The notes under the pieces are model-generated. The model was not told the DNA's origin. It was given only the letters and a program-made list of their open reading frames with translations, and ran no database searches. A DNA stretch of 36,392 bases from a virus (lineage: Duplodnaviria; Caudoviricetes). Location: the IMG/VR virus record IMGVR_UViG_3300005611_000089, positions 1 to 36,392 of that record, one strand, 5' to 3'. Shown piece by piece: positions 1-6,961 of this stretch. How positions within the stretch are numbered: position 1 is the first letter of the stretch; the number at the start of each line of letters is the position of its first letter. Made by a program: the position numbers and the translations under genes.

Positions 1-77
1 CATTAATGTACACTCCCTGTGTCTCTGTCGTAATCCACATACAACGATATGAAGTAGTTGGAGCCTTTGTATTGGAA
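1..77. repeat. Terminal direct repeat, identical to 36316-36392 (circular-contig overlap)
   Basis: Exact 77-nt match at both ends; 77 is a common assembler k-mer; minus-strand genes run across the junction with a TAATG stop/start overlap. Confidence 0.95.
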
Positions 78-206
78 AGGAACACGTGTCTCTTCAGGCC
101 CACCAATCACTAACAGCTCATTGTCAATCACTACTTTAGCTGCCTGACTCATTATCTCGAGGTAAACATCTATTGCTTCATCTTTGGTCATCTTCTTAGC
201 CATCAT
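3..206 (-). CDS. Hypothetical protein, 67 aa
   Basis: ORF coupled to terS by a 4-nt overlap and to the next gene by TAATG. Confidence 0.7.
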   Translation of the reverse strand: MMAKKMTKDEAIDVYLEIMSQAAKVVIDNELLVIGGPEETRVPFQYKGSNYFISLYVDYDRDTGSVH

Positions 207-706
207 TTGTCCTCTGTATTGTTTTCAATTGCTTTAGGTTGCTCAGCGTTAACAAACTCTATTGTCCATTGCTTCTCAGGCTTCTTAGTTGTCTGTAACG
301 TTTTAGCACTGTGCATATCTTCGCCACTCTGTATTTCAATCTGCTTGTAATCTTTCATTCCTGTGATGTTCTTTGCGAGGAAGATACTAAATGCCTTCTC
401 ATAATTACCAGCTAATCCATTCTGTACAAGGATTTCCTCTTGCATTGTCTTTGCTAGTTTATAAGCCTCGAAAAAGTCTTCATGTTTATGAGTCCAATTG
501 AGTAATGTTTCTTGGTGAACTCCGATGGAGATAGCGAATCCGCTAAGCGTAGGAAGAGCGCAAGGCATAAGTACAGGCTTACCATTCTTGTCAAAGCAAG
601 GGTTTCCATCTTGGTCTAAGACTGCTGTAAATGGAGTGCGATTGAAGAACTTTATAATCTGCTCACAATAGTCTGGATTGTACTTAGTTGGTCTACCAAA
701 TGCCAT
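203..706 (-). CDS. terS: Terminase small subunit
   Basis: N-terminal GRPTKYNP motif, HTH-like LPTLSGFAISIGVHQETLLNW, FxEAY and IFLAKN motifs typical of P22 gp3-like small terminases. ATG at 706 preferred over the track's TTG at 757, which lies at the predicted transcription start. Confidence 0.85.
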   Translation of the reverse strand: MAFGRPTKYNPDYCEQIIKFFNRTPFTAVLDQDGNPCFDKNGKPVLMPCALPTLSGFAISIGVHQETLLNWTHKHEDFFEAYKLAKTMQEEILVQNGLAGNYEKAFSIFLAKNITGMKDYKQIEIQSGEDMHSAKTLQTTKKPEKQWTIEFVNAEQPKAIENNTEDK

Positions 707-763
707 TGAATTGATTCCCACATATGAAATGATTTGTTGTTGCTTTGTTTGGATCAAGCTTTA

Positions 764-792
764 AGTATAGTAGTAGAATAGGTATTTTACAA
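764..792 (-). promoter_or_regulatory. Sigma70-like promoter for the terS/packaging operon
   Basis: TTGTAA (792-787), 17-nt spacer, TATACT (769-764) on the minus strand. Confidence 0.65.
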
Positions 793-854
793 GGGAATGT
801 GAAACATATGTTGACAAGTATTGTGTTTTAATGTAAGTGGTTGTTTTACATAGA

Positions 855-990
855 GCATTTAATGAGTAGTTAAATGCGATATAACATGTTAAATGTTTAT
901 ACATGTTTAATATGTGTACATGTTAAAGAAATGTGTTTAAGAAGTGTTAAAGAGTGTACATGTTACTTGTTTAAATACTACTTGTTTTCT
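855..990. repeat. AT-rich array of short TGTT(T)AA / ACATGTT repeats
   Basis: TGTT at 887, 894, 904, 921, 934, 945, 961, 968, 983; GTGTACATGTTA at 914-925 and 954-965; inverted repeat GCATTTAA/TTAAATGC at 855-877. Confidence 0.75.
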
Positions 991-1140
991 CTTTCTGTCT
1001 TATCGGATGTTTGCCTTGGAGGCACATCCTCTAGCCATCATTCGAAGGGTTCATATTCTTAGCTTATACGCTAATCATATTCACCAACCCCCCAACAGCT
1101 CGCTTAACAGCTCACTGTGATACCCCCCTTAACCCCCAAT

Positions 1141-1168
1141 AGTATGGCAGTTATTGAAATCTTGTCAA
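1141..1168 (-). promoter_or_regulatory. Leftward sigma70 promoter with extended -10
   Basis: TTGACA (1168-1163), 16-nt spacer ending in TGc, CATACT (1146-1141). Confidence 0.6.
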
Positions 1169-1188
1169 TACTGTAAATAAAAACAGTA
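1169..1188. promoter_or_regulatory. LexA (SOS) box, gammaproteobacterial type
   Basis: TACTGTAAATAAAAACAGTA fits taCTGT-N8-ACAGta with an AT-rich core; it abuts the -35 at 1163-1168. Confidence 0.7.
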
Positions 1189-1265
1189 CTTTTAACTAGT
1201 ACACCTGTAGGCCTTGGTACATATAGGATTGAAGGTAAAGTACCCGATAAATTTTTTTCACTTCC

Positions 1266-1294
1266 TTGACAACTGTACAAGTGTCGAGTAACAT
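1266..1294 (+). promoter_or_regulatory. Rightward sigma70 promoter for the HNH-AP2 gene
   Basis: TTGACA (1266-1271), 17-nt spacer, TAACAT (1289-1294); AAGGAG RBS upstream of ATG 1322. Confidence 0.7.
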
Positions 1295-1321
1295 TAGATA
1301 TATACAGCTAAGGAGCACACT

Positions 1322-1822
1322 ATGATTACACAAGAGTTTTTAAAGGAAAGAGTAACCTACTCACATAAGACAGGTTTGTTTAAATGGAAGAAGAGTAAGT
1401 ACTCAAGGGCAGTAGAGGGTGAGGTAGCAGGTAGGCCCACAACTGCTGGACACGTACAGTTGAGTATAGAAGGTAAGAGGTATGCAGCCCACAGGTTAGT
1501 ATATCTGTATGTGTACGGTAAGATGCCGAACAAAACTTTAGTTGTTGACCACATCAATGGTAACAAGCAGGACAACCGGCTATCTAACCTACGTGTGGTA
1601 TCTCATGCACAAAACTTACAGAACTCTAAGAGGTCAAAGGCAAACTCGTCAGGTTATAAGGGTGTGACGTTTGAGAAGAACATAGGTAAGTGGAGAGCCT
1701 ACATAACCAAGAACTACAAGACAACAAAGTTAGGATTCTTTGATACCAAAGAAGAGGCCTACCAAGCACGTCTTGCTAAAGAGGAAGAGTACAAATGGTT
1801 ATCCGGTTGTGAGACATTATAA
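1322..1822 (+). CDS. HNH endonuclease with C-terminal AP2 DNA-binding domain (free-standing homing endonuclease)
   Basis: AHRLVY...VDHINGNKQDNRLSNLR HNH motif; SSGYKGV...KWRAYI...LGFFDTKEEAYQAR AP2 motif. Confidence 0.92.
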   Translation: MITQEFLKERVTYSHKTGLFKWKKSKYSRAVEGEVAGRPTTAGHVQLSIEGKRYAAHRLVYLYVYGKMPNKTLVVDHINGNKQDNRLSNLRVVSHAQNLQNSKRSKANSSGYKGVTFEKNIGKWRAYITKNYKTTKLGFFDTKEEAYQARLAKEEEYKWLSGCETL

Positions 1823-1913
1823 CTTATTACTATATGTATATAACAAAATGTTATAAGCATAACTCTGATAGATGTACTAAGCTTTATGGATAAGCTGTAT
1901 ATGGAGGATAGTT

Positions 1914-2096
1914 ATGAGTCGTAATGTTAAGATAACGCATAGAGAACTCTTGTGTGATCCAATGATAGCGCAAGGTTATCTGTCAGAAGCCATTGAAACA
2001 AGAGATGCCAGAATCATAGACATGGCTTACAGGAATATATTAGAGGTCATGAGATGGAAAGAGGAACAAGACAATGCACCTACATCAGATAATTGA
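1914..2096 (+). CDS. Small protein resembling the N-terminal half of HI1420-type addiction-module antidotes, without the HTH
   Basis: GGAGG RBS; ELLCDPMIAQGYLSEAIETRDARIIDMAYRNILEV follows the L.DP..A..YL..A.E..D......L.NV pattern recalled for this family. Confidence 0.5.
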   Translation: MSRNVKITHRELLCDPMIAQGYLSEAIETRDARIIDMAYRNILEVMRWKEEQDNAPTSDN

Positions 2097-2433
2097 AGAC
2101 CACCCAGATGGGTTCATCGTTGACTTATATGGTGAGGATGCCACAACTAAATTCCATCAGGGATACCTCACCCCCTATCACAGTCAGCTATCTTTTGCAC
2201 TGGAAGGGAAGAATGACAGCTTTGTATTGCAAGTGTTCATGGCTGTGCTTAGCTCTGAGACTATTCACAACCCACACTTGTTCATATCAGGATACCTCGA
2301 TGAGGAAGAGGCTACCTATCACCTCACGATATTAAAACCCGTCCTTGACATTCACGATGCTATCAGGCTGACTGAGAAGGCTAAGCAAGAGATGTTCTAT
2401 GACCTCAAGAACAAAACCTTCCTGTCTTTGTAA
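2074..2433 (+). CDS. Hypothetical protein, 119 aa
   Basis: GAGG RBS, overlaps the previous gene, followed by a terminator. Confidence 0.75.
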   Translation: MHLHQIIEDHPDGFIVDLYGEDATTKFHQGYLTPYHSQLSFALEGKNDSFVLQVFMAVLSSETIHNPHLFISGYLDEEEATYHLTILKPVLDIHDAIRLTEKAKQEMFYDLKNKTFLSL

Positions 2434-2457
2434 TCAAATAAGGTTACAAAATCTCTG

Positions 2458-2490
2458 AAGTGTAATCTTAAATGGTTACACTTTTTTTTT
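2458..2490 (+). terminator. Rho-independent terminator (also the second copy of a palindrome)
   Basis: AAGTGTAATC-TTAAAT-GGTTACACTT stem-loop running into a 9-T tract. Confidence 0.7.
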
Positions 2491-2530
2491 GTCCATAAGT
2501 CAGTAACTTATACCACTCATCCAACCAGTG

Positions 2531-2567
2531 AAAAAATATTTGCAGTACTCTATTCTTGTGCCATAGT
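2531..2567 (+). promoter_or_regulatory. Early sigma70 promoter with UP element and extended -10
   Basis: AAAAAATAT, TTGCAG (2540-2545), 16-nt spacer ending in TGc, CATAGT (2562-2567). Confidence 0.55.
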
Positions 2568-2597
2568 TAAAACATGAGAACAAAGGAGATACAAGAC

Positions 2598-2738
2598 ATG
2601 GAAACGTTAGCAAACATCGTTGGAACAATGATATTCGGGGCGTGGTTGGCACTAACTACTACATTCTTTGGATTTGCTGCATTTGCATTTGGGTCGGCAT
2701 TGTGTGAAGTGTTGTTCGGATTCGGAGGTTGGGTATGA
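2598..2738 (+). CDS. Small hydrophobic membrane protein, 46 aa (below the ORF-track cutoff)
   Basis: AAGGAG RBS; METLANIVGTMIFGAWLALTTTFFGFAAFAFGSALCEVLFGFGGWV; ATGA overlap with the next gene. Confidence 0.75.
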   Translation: METLANIVGTMIFGAWLALTTTFFGFAAFAFGSALCEVLFGFGGWV

Positions 2739-2995
2739 ACATAGAAATTAGATTTGAAAAAGATTTAGGAGAGGTTCTTTTAGACAGCATTTATACCGAT
2801 GATAGTTGTGGTGATGCTAGGAAGTTAATGGAAGAAGCAATCCTATTTACTTATCAGAAATTTAGCCTTGAGTACTGGATGTTACGTCACCTTGAGCTAC
2901 CAGTATCATCTTTACGAGCTGGTGATTATTTATTGACAGCTACATATGACCGAGGTGACTACCAGATTACCTCACTCACTAGGATAGAGGATTAA
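2735..2995 (+). CDS. Early small acidic protein, paralog family member 1
   Basis: GGAGG RBS and ATG at 2735; motif shared with 2999-3283 and 3288-3569. Confidence 0.8.
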   Translation: MNIEIRFEKDLGEVLLDSIYTDDSCGDARKLMEEAILFTYQKFSLEYWMLRHLELPVSSLRAGDYLLTATYDRGDYQITSLTRIED

Positions 2996-2998
2996 GAC

Positions 2999-3283
2999 AT
3001 GAAACTAGTAATGGCAGTGACAGTAGGGCTTGCCGATACGGTAGCACTTACAAACATGTGGTCTTATTCACCAACTGGTGATGAGGAGCATGAAGACCAA
3101 TTCGAGAAGATGGTATTGTTGGAAGTATCTTCTAGAGGTTTGGAGTACATCCTAGAGGATAAGTTGAACTGGGATTCAAGCACTGAAGAAGAGGGTGAAT
3201 ACAGACTAGACATCTTATATACACCTGAAACTGAATATGACAGTGAAGAGTGGGAACTTACCGACGTGGATTTCAGAGGATAG
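2999..3283 (+). CDS. Early small acidic protein, paralog family member 2
   Basis: GAGG RBS; GLEYIL...GEYRL...DVDFRG. Confidence 0.8.
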   Translation: MKLVMAVTVGLADTVALTNMWSYSPTGDEEHEDQFEKMVLLEVSSRGLEYILEDKLNWDSSTEEEGEYRLDILYTPETEYDSEEWELTDVDFRG

Positions 3284-3287
3284 TACC

Positions 3288-3569
3288 ATGAGAGTAGATT
3301 TGTATATTGTTAAAGGGATAAAGGAGACATACTCTCTTACTTATCTCAATGTAGAAGATGAACAAGAGATTTTATTCTGGTGTTTTGAGGAGTTTTTGGG
3401 CTACTCGGTAGGGCATCATCATGATGGTGGGCTTAGAGAATTTTTAATAAATCACCTAGAAATACAATGTTACCTGTGGGGTGAAGGTAAATATAAATTA
3501 ACACTTGAAGGTAACAACTACATGGACACAGTTGTTAAGGAAGTAGAATTCAGGGGGCCAGTGTTATGA
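3288..3569 (+). CDS. Early small protein, paralog family member 3
   Basis: AGAGGA RBS before ATG 3288; GLREFL...GKYKL...EVEFRG. Confidence 0.8.
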   Translation: MRVDLYIVKGIKETYSLTYLNVEDEQEILFWCFEEFLGYSVGHHHDGGLREFLINHLEIQCYLWGEGKYKLTLEGNNYMDTVVKEVEFRGPVL

Positions 3570-3739
3570 ACATGTTAAGACACACTTATCAAGTAGTAGT
3601 GCTTTATAGTAACACAGTAGATATCTGGAGTGAGGATAGTAGAGAGTTGTTCAATGTAACCTATGAGGTGGTGAACGACTTGATACGCAAAGGGGATATT
3701 GTATTCCCATCTTGTTATAACAGCAGAGTAAGGCACTAA
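3566..3739 (+). CDS. Hypothetical protein, 57 aa (below the track cutoff)
   Basis: ATGA overlap at 3566-3569; fills the gap up to the next ATG at 3741. Confidence 0.65.
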   Translation: MNMLRHTYQVVVLYSNTVDIWSEDSRELFNVTYEVVNDLIRKGDIVFPSCYNSRVRH

Positions 3740-3740
3740 T

Positions 3741-4025
3741 ATGAATGACCTAGCAATAATGAAAGCTGAATACCTATTGAAGCTGGCCGACAGGCTGGAA
3801 GAGTTAGGAAGCAAAGAGCTAGCGGACAAGTATAGAGAGATGGTGGAGGTGGTATGTAAAGGTGACAAGACTGGGCATATGCCTTCTATAGATTTCTGGA
3901 ATGATTTCTGTAGAGCCGCAGAAGGTGTTATTGCTTTACATGAAGCTAAGCTGGACATAGATAAGATAAGGCAAACGATTAATAATGTTAAGGATTTTGA
4001 CAAGAAAGGTAATTTCTTAGCTTAA
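3741..4025 (+). CDS. Hypothetical helical protein, 94 aa
   Basis: ORF in the tightly packed + strand early operon. Confidence 0.75.
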   Translation: MNDLAIMKAEYLLKLADRLEELGSKELADKYREMVEVVCKGDKTGHMPSIDFWNDFCRAAEGVIALHEAKLDIDKIRQTINNVKDFDKKGNFLA

Positions 4026-4097
4026 TAGCACTGGTCGGAGTTGTTAAATCAGGATATGGATGTATCCTTTTAAGTAAAGGAACAAGGGAGGCATAGC

Positions 4098-4430
4098 ATG
4101 AAACCCAAGAAAGATAAGAATACTATGATGTTCCAAGTTAAACAGCATGTATATGTTACTTATCCAAAGGCGGGAAGTAGCACACCACATAACTTTGAAG
4201 CAGTAGTGGAGCAAGTAGTAAGTAAGGGAGACACTGCAACTTGTCCTCACTGTGGCAAGAAGGTGAAGGTTAAGGAAGGGTGGGAAAGTAACTTAGGATA
4301 TTACTTAGATATACCCAAGCATCCTAATTGTTGCCAGTACTTTAGAGACCACCACTTGAGGATAAAACATTTTACAAGTGCATTCTCTTTCAAACAATTG
4401 TTAGAACTTTTCAAAGGAGTGAAGAAATGA
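4098..4430 (+). CDS. Hypothetical protein with CPHCG zinc-ribbon-like motif
   Basis: GGAGG RBS; CxxC plus a distal CC/HH. Confidence 0.75.
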   Translation: MKPKKDKNTMMFQVKQHVYVTYPKAGSSTPHNFEAVVEQVVSKGDTATCPHCGKKVKVKEGWESNLGYYLDIPKHPNCCQYFRDHHLRIKHFTSAFSFKQLLELFKGVKK

Positions 4431-4576
4431 ACGATATCTATCAAACCCAAATAGTGAATATGCTTCTTGATGAGATTGAGAAGGAGCAAGAACACAAGCA
4501 AGACGTGGAGTTGTACCAGCTTACTAATTACGAGTGTGAGTGGGACAACGTTAGTGATTATCCAGTGGGGTATTAG
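4427..4576 (+). CDS. Small acidic protein, 49 aa (below the track cutoff)
   Basis: AAGGAG RBS, ATGA overlap; MNDIYQTQIVNMLLDEIEKEQ... Confidence 0.65.
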   Translation: MNDIYQTQIVNMLLDEIEKEQEHKQDVELYQLTNYECEWDNVSDYPVGY

Positions 4577-4578
4577 TT

Positions 4579-4833
4579 ATGTATCGTAAATGGTACGTAC
4601 TAGAGAAAGTAGGGGCAACCTTTGAAGTGGTGAGGGAATGTCACCTCGCATCTAGTGCTAAGGCAATAGCCGATGAGCTCAACAAAGAGCTTGAACCTGA
4701 GCCTAAGATGACACTGAATCCAAATGGTCTAGACTGGGATATAGATTACTTTGATATTAAGAAGTTCTTTGTGTCACACATACACCCAGACAATGCAACA
4801 CGGGAAGATTACGAACACTTCAAGGAGTATTAA
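4579..4833 (+). CDS. Hypothetical protein, 84 aa
   Basis: ORF packed in the operon. Confidence 0.75.
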   Translation: MYRKWYVLEKVGATFEVVRECHLASSAKAIADELNKELEPEPKMTLNPNGLDWDIDYFDIKKFFVSHIHPDNATREDYEHFKEY

Positions 4834-4835
4834 AG

Positions 4836-5372
4836 ATGAATAAACGTAATAACTTACAAGAACTTATCATTAAGTATGGATTAAGTATCTTACAACCTAT
4901 TAAAGGGATTGATGACGATTGCATAACAGTAATGTTTGATGTTCCTTTTGAACATTATAAGTTAATTCATTCAAATCACTTTGAAAATTCATTTACTTTC
5001 GAGGATAGAGATGAACTTTTCTGGCAATGTTCAGAGTTAACGAGGGAGTATAGGAATTATTGCCACCTAACTAATAAGAAAATTGATGATACAAATTACG
5101 ACATGATGAATGATATTGAAAAAATTATAATAGACAACTATTTAGAAATAGTATCTGAAGGTTTAGGTGTCTTTAGGGTTGGATGTGAATTTGGTAATGA
5201 ATATGAGCAGGTTATGTGTAAAGAGCATGAGCTATATGACACTTGTGTATCTATGGCTAAGCAAAGACAAGACGAGATGAAAAAAGAGAAAGTATTAGTA
5301 AAAGAAACAGATTACCACAAACGTTTAGATAAAATCGAGAGCATGTTACAACAACTACTTGATAAGGAATAG
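4836..5372 (+). CDS. Hypothetical protein, 178 aa, AT-rich, C-terminal coiled coil
   Basis: AAGGAG RBS; directly upstream of the primase-helicase. Confidence 0.75.
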   Translation: MNKRNNLQELIIKYGLSILQPIKGIDDDCITVMFDVPFEHYKLIHSNHFENSFTFEDRDELFWQCSELTREYRNYCHLTNKKIDDTNYDMMNDIEKIIIDNYLEIVSEGLGVFRVGCEFGNEYEQVMCKEHELYDTCVSMAKQRQDEMKKEKVLVKETDYHKRLDKIESMLQQLLDKE

Positions 5373-5374
5373 TC

Positions 5375-6961
5375 ATGGGCTTTGTAATCACACATCAAAC
5401 TTGTCCTAAGTGTCATCACCACAAGTGTTATGCCGTGGATGAGGAAGGATGGAGCCGGTGCTTTAGCTGTGGACACAGCGAGAGAGTGCCTGCTTCCATG
5501 ATAGAAGGACTACCAGTTAAGGAGAGTCTTGCCCTTATACATGATGTAGTGTTCAAGGAGCTTGGTACCCGTGGTATAACTGAAGAGACTTGCCGTAAGT
5601 TTAACTACGGTATAGGCAGGGATGACTACAAGAACCTTGTACATGTGGCACCCTACTATGACCTGAATGGTGAGAAGGTAGCCCAGAAGACACGCGACAA
5701 GGATAAGAACTTTGTATTTAGAGGGAAGTTTAAAGACGTACAACTATTCGGGCAGCAGGTATGGCAGAAGGGAGGCAAGAAGCTAGTCATTACAGAAGGT
5801 GAGATAGATGCTATGACTGTAGCCCAAGTGCAGGGGCTTAAGTGGGCCACGGTTAGTGTGCCTATGGGTGCAGGTACGGCAGCGAAGTATATCAAACAGA
5901 ACATAGAATTTATCTCAAGCTTCGAAGAGATTGTTGTAATGTTTGACAGTGATGAAGCCGGACAGACAGCAGCTAAAAAAGCAATGGAAGCCTTGCCCGT
6001 GGGTAAAGCATTCAATGCTGTGCTGCCAATGAAGGATGCAAACGAGATGCTCCTAGCCGGTAGAACAGATGAGATAATCAAAGCTATCTGGAATGCCAAG
6101 GAGTACAGGCCAGATGGTGTTGTTACCATAGCTGATATCAGAGACAAGCTCACAGATGAGCCTGTGTGGGGAGCTAACTGGTTCAACCCTGTACTTAACG
6201 CTTATCTTTACGGACGTAGGGACGGGGAGTTAATCATCATTGCGGCAGGAACTAACGTAGGTAAGACAGACTTCATGACACAACAGATGGCCTACGATAG
6301 GAAGGAGTTAGGTGAGAAGGTAGGCGGTATCTACCTAGAGACCAGCATGAACAAGCTCATATCCTACATAGCAGGTAAGATGGACGAGTGTATCTACCAC
6401 AGACCAGATGTTAAGTTTGACAAGGAGAAATACTGGGCCACTGTAGATAGCCTTAACGATTGGTTCTACCTATATGACCACGTAGGGGAAAAGAGCTGGA
6501 GTGTACTGAAGGAAAAGATTCGTTACATGGTGACAGGACTAGGTATCAAGCGTATCTATCTTGACAACCTAACAGCGATAGCCGATGCGGCTGACATGCG
6601 CACGAGCTTAGAGGAAGCTGTCAAGGACATGGTGAGTATGGTGCATGAGCTTAAGTTTACCTTGCATGTAGTATCACACTTAACACCACCTAAAGACCAA
6701 CGCCATGAGGAAGGTGCACGAGTGAGCCTCAACCAGATGTGGGGTAACAAGGGGATAGCTCGTTGGGCTGACACGGTGATAGGGTTAGAGCGTAACACTC
6801 AGGCAGAGGATTTATTTGAGAAGACCACCACCACTCTACGTATACTGAAAGAGCGGGAAGGTTCTAATACGGGACAAACTGTTAAGGTGTACTACGATTT
6901 GGATAAGGGCTTGTTGATGCCTAAACCAGTAATGGATCCAGCAGGACAAGGAGAGTTCTAA
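5375..6961 (+). CDS. T7 gp4-like DNA primase-helicase
   Basis: Zn finger CPKC...CFSC, TOPRIM ITEGEIDA / FDSDEAG / KDANE, Walker A AGTNVGKT, VVSHL, HEEG, IGLERN, RILKER. Confidence 0.96.
   Translation: MGFVITHQTCPKCHHHKCYAVDEEGWSRCFSCGHSERVPASMIEGLPVKESLALIHDVVFKELGTRGITEETCRKFNYGIGRDDYKNLVHVAPYYDLNGEKVAQKTRDKDKNFVFRGKFKDVQLFGQQVWQKGGKKLVITEGEIDAMTVAQVQGLKWATVSVPMGAGTAAKYIKQNIEFISSFEEIVVMFDSDEAGQTAAKKAMEALPVGKAFNAVLPMKDANEMLLAGRTDEIIKAIWNAKEYRPDGVVTIADIRDKLTDEPVWGANWFNPVLNAYLYGRRDGELIIIAAGTNVGKTDFMTQQMAYDRKELGEKVGGIYLETSMNKLISYIAGKMDECIYHRPDVKFDKEKYWATVDSLNDWFYLYDHVGEKSWSVLKEKIRYMVTGLGIKRIYLDNLTAIADAADMRTSLEEAVKDMVSMVHELKFTLHVVSHLTPPKDQRHEEGARVSLNQMWGNKGIARWADTVIGLERNTQAEDLFEKTTTTLRILKEREGSNTGQTVKVYYDLDKGLLMPKPVMDPAGQGEF

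Noticed and set aside
1-77. Biological direct terminal repeat of T7 type
   Set aside because: The length equals a usual assembler k-mer, it cuts through a gene, and the terminase is headful type.
811-840. Rightward promoter from TTGACA at 811
   Set aside because: No convincing -10 at 16-18 nt and no downstream gene.
855-990. CRISPR mini-array
   Set aside because: Repeats are 12 nt or shorter and irregular, with no spacer-sized unique segments and no cas genes.
874-1062. 62-aa ORF over the repeat array
   Set aside because: No RBS; the low-complexity translation simply reflects the DNA repeats.
1322-1822. Intron-encoded homing endonuclease
   Set aside because: It has its own promoter and RBS, no interrupted host gene and no group I core motifs.
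3575-4003. Minus-strand 142-aa ORF with a lipoprotein-like start, and other antisense ORFs such as 5656-6186, 7341-7841, 19506-19958, 21267-21800 and 35348-36001
   Set aside because: These are shadow ORFs opposite well-supported genes, Ser/Leu-rich and without RBS.
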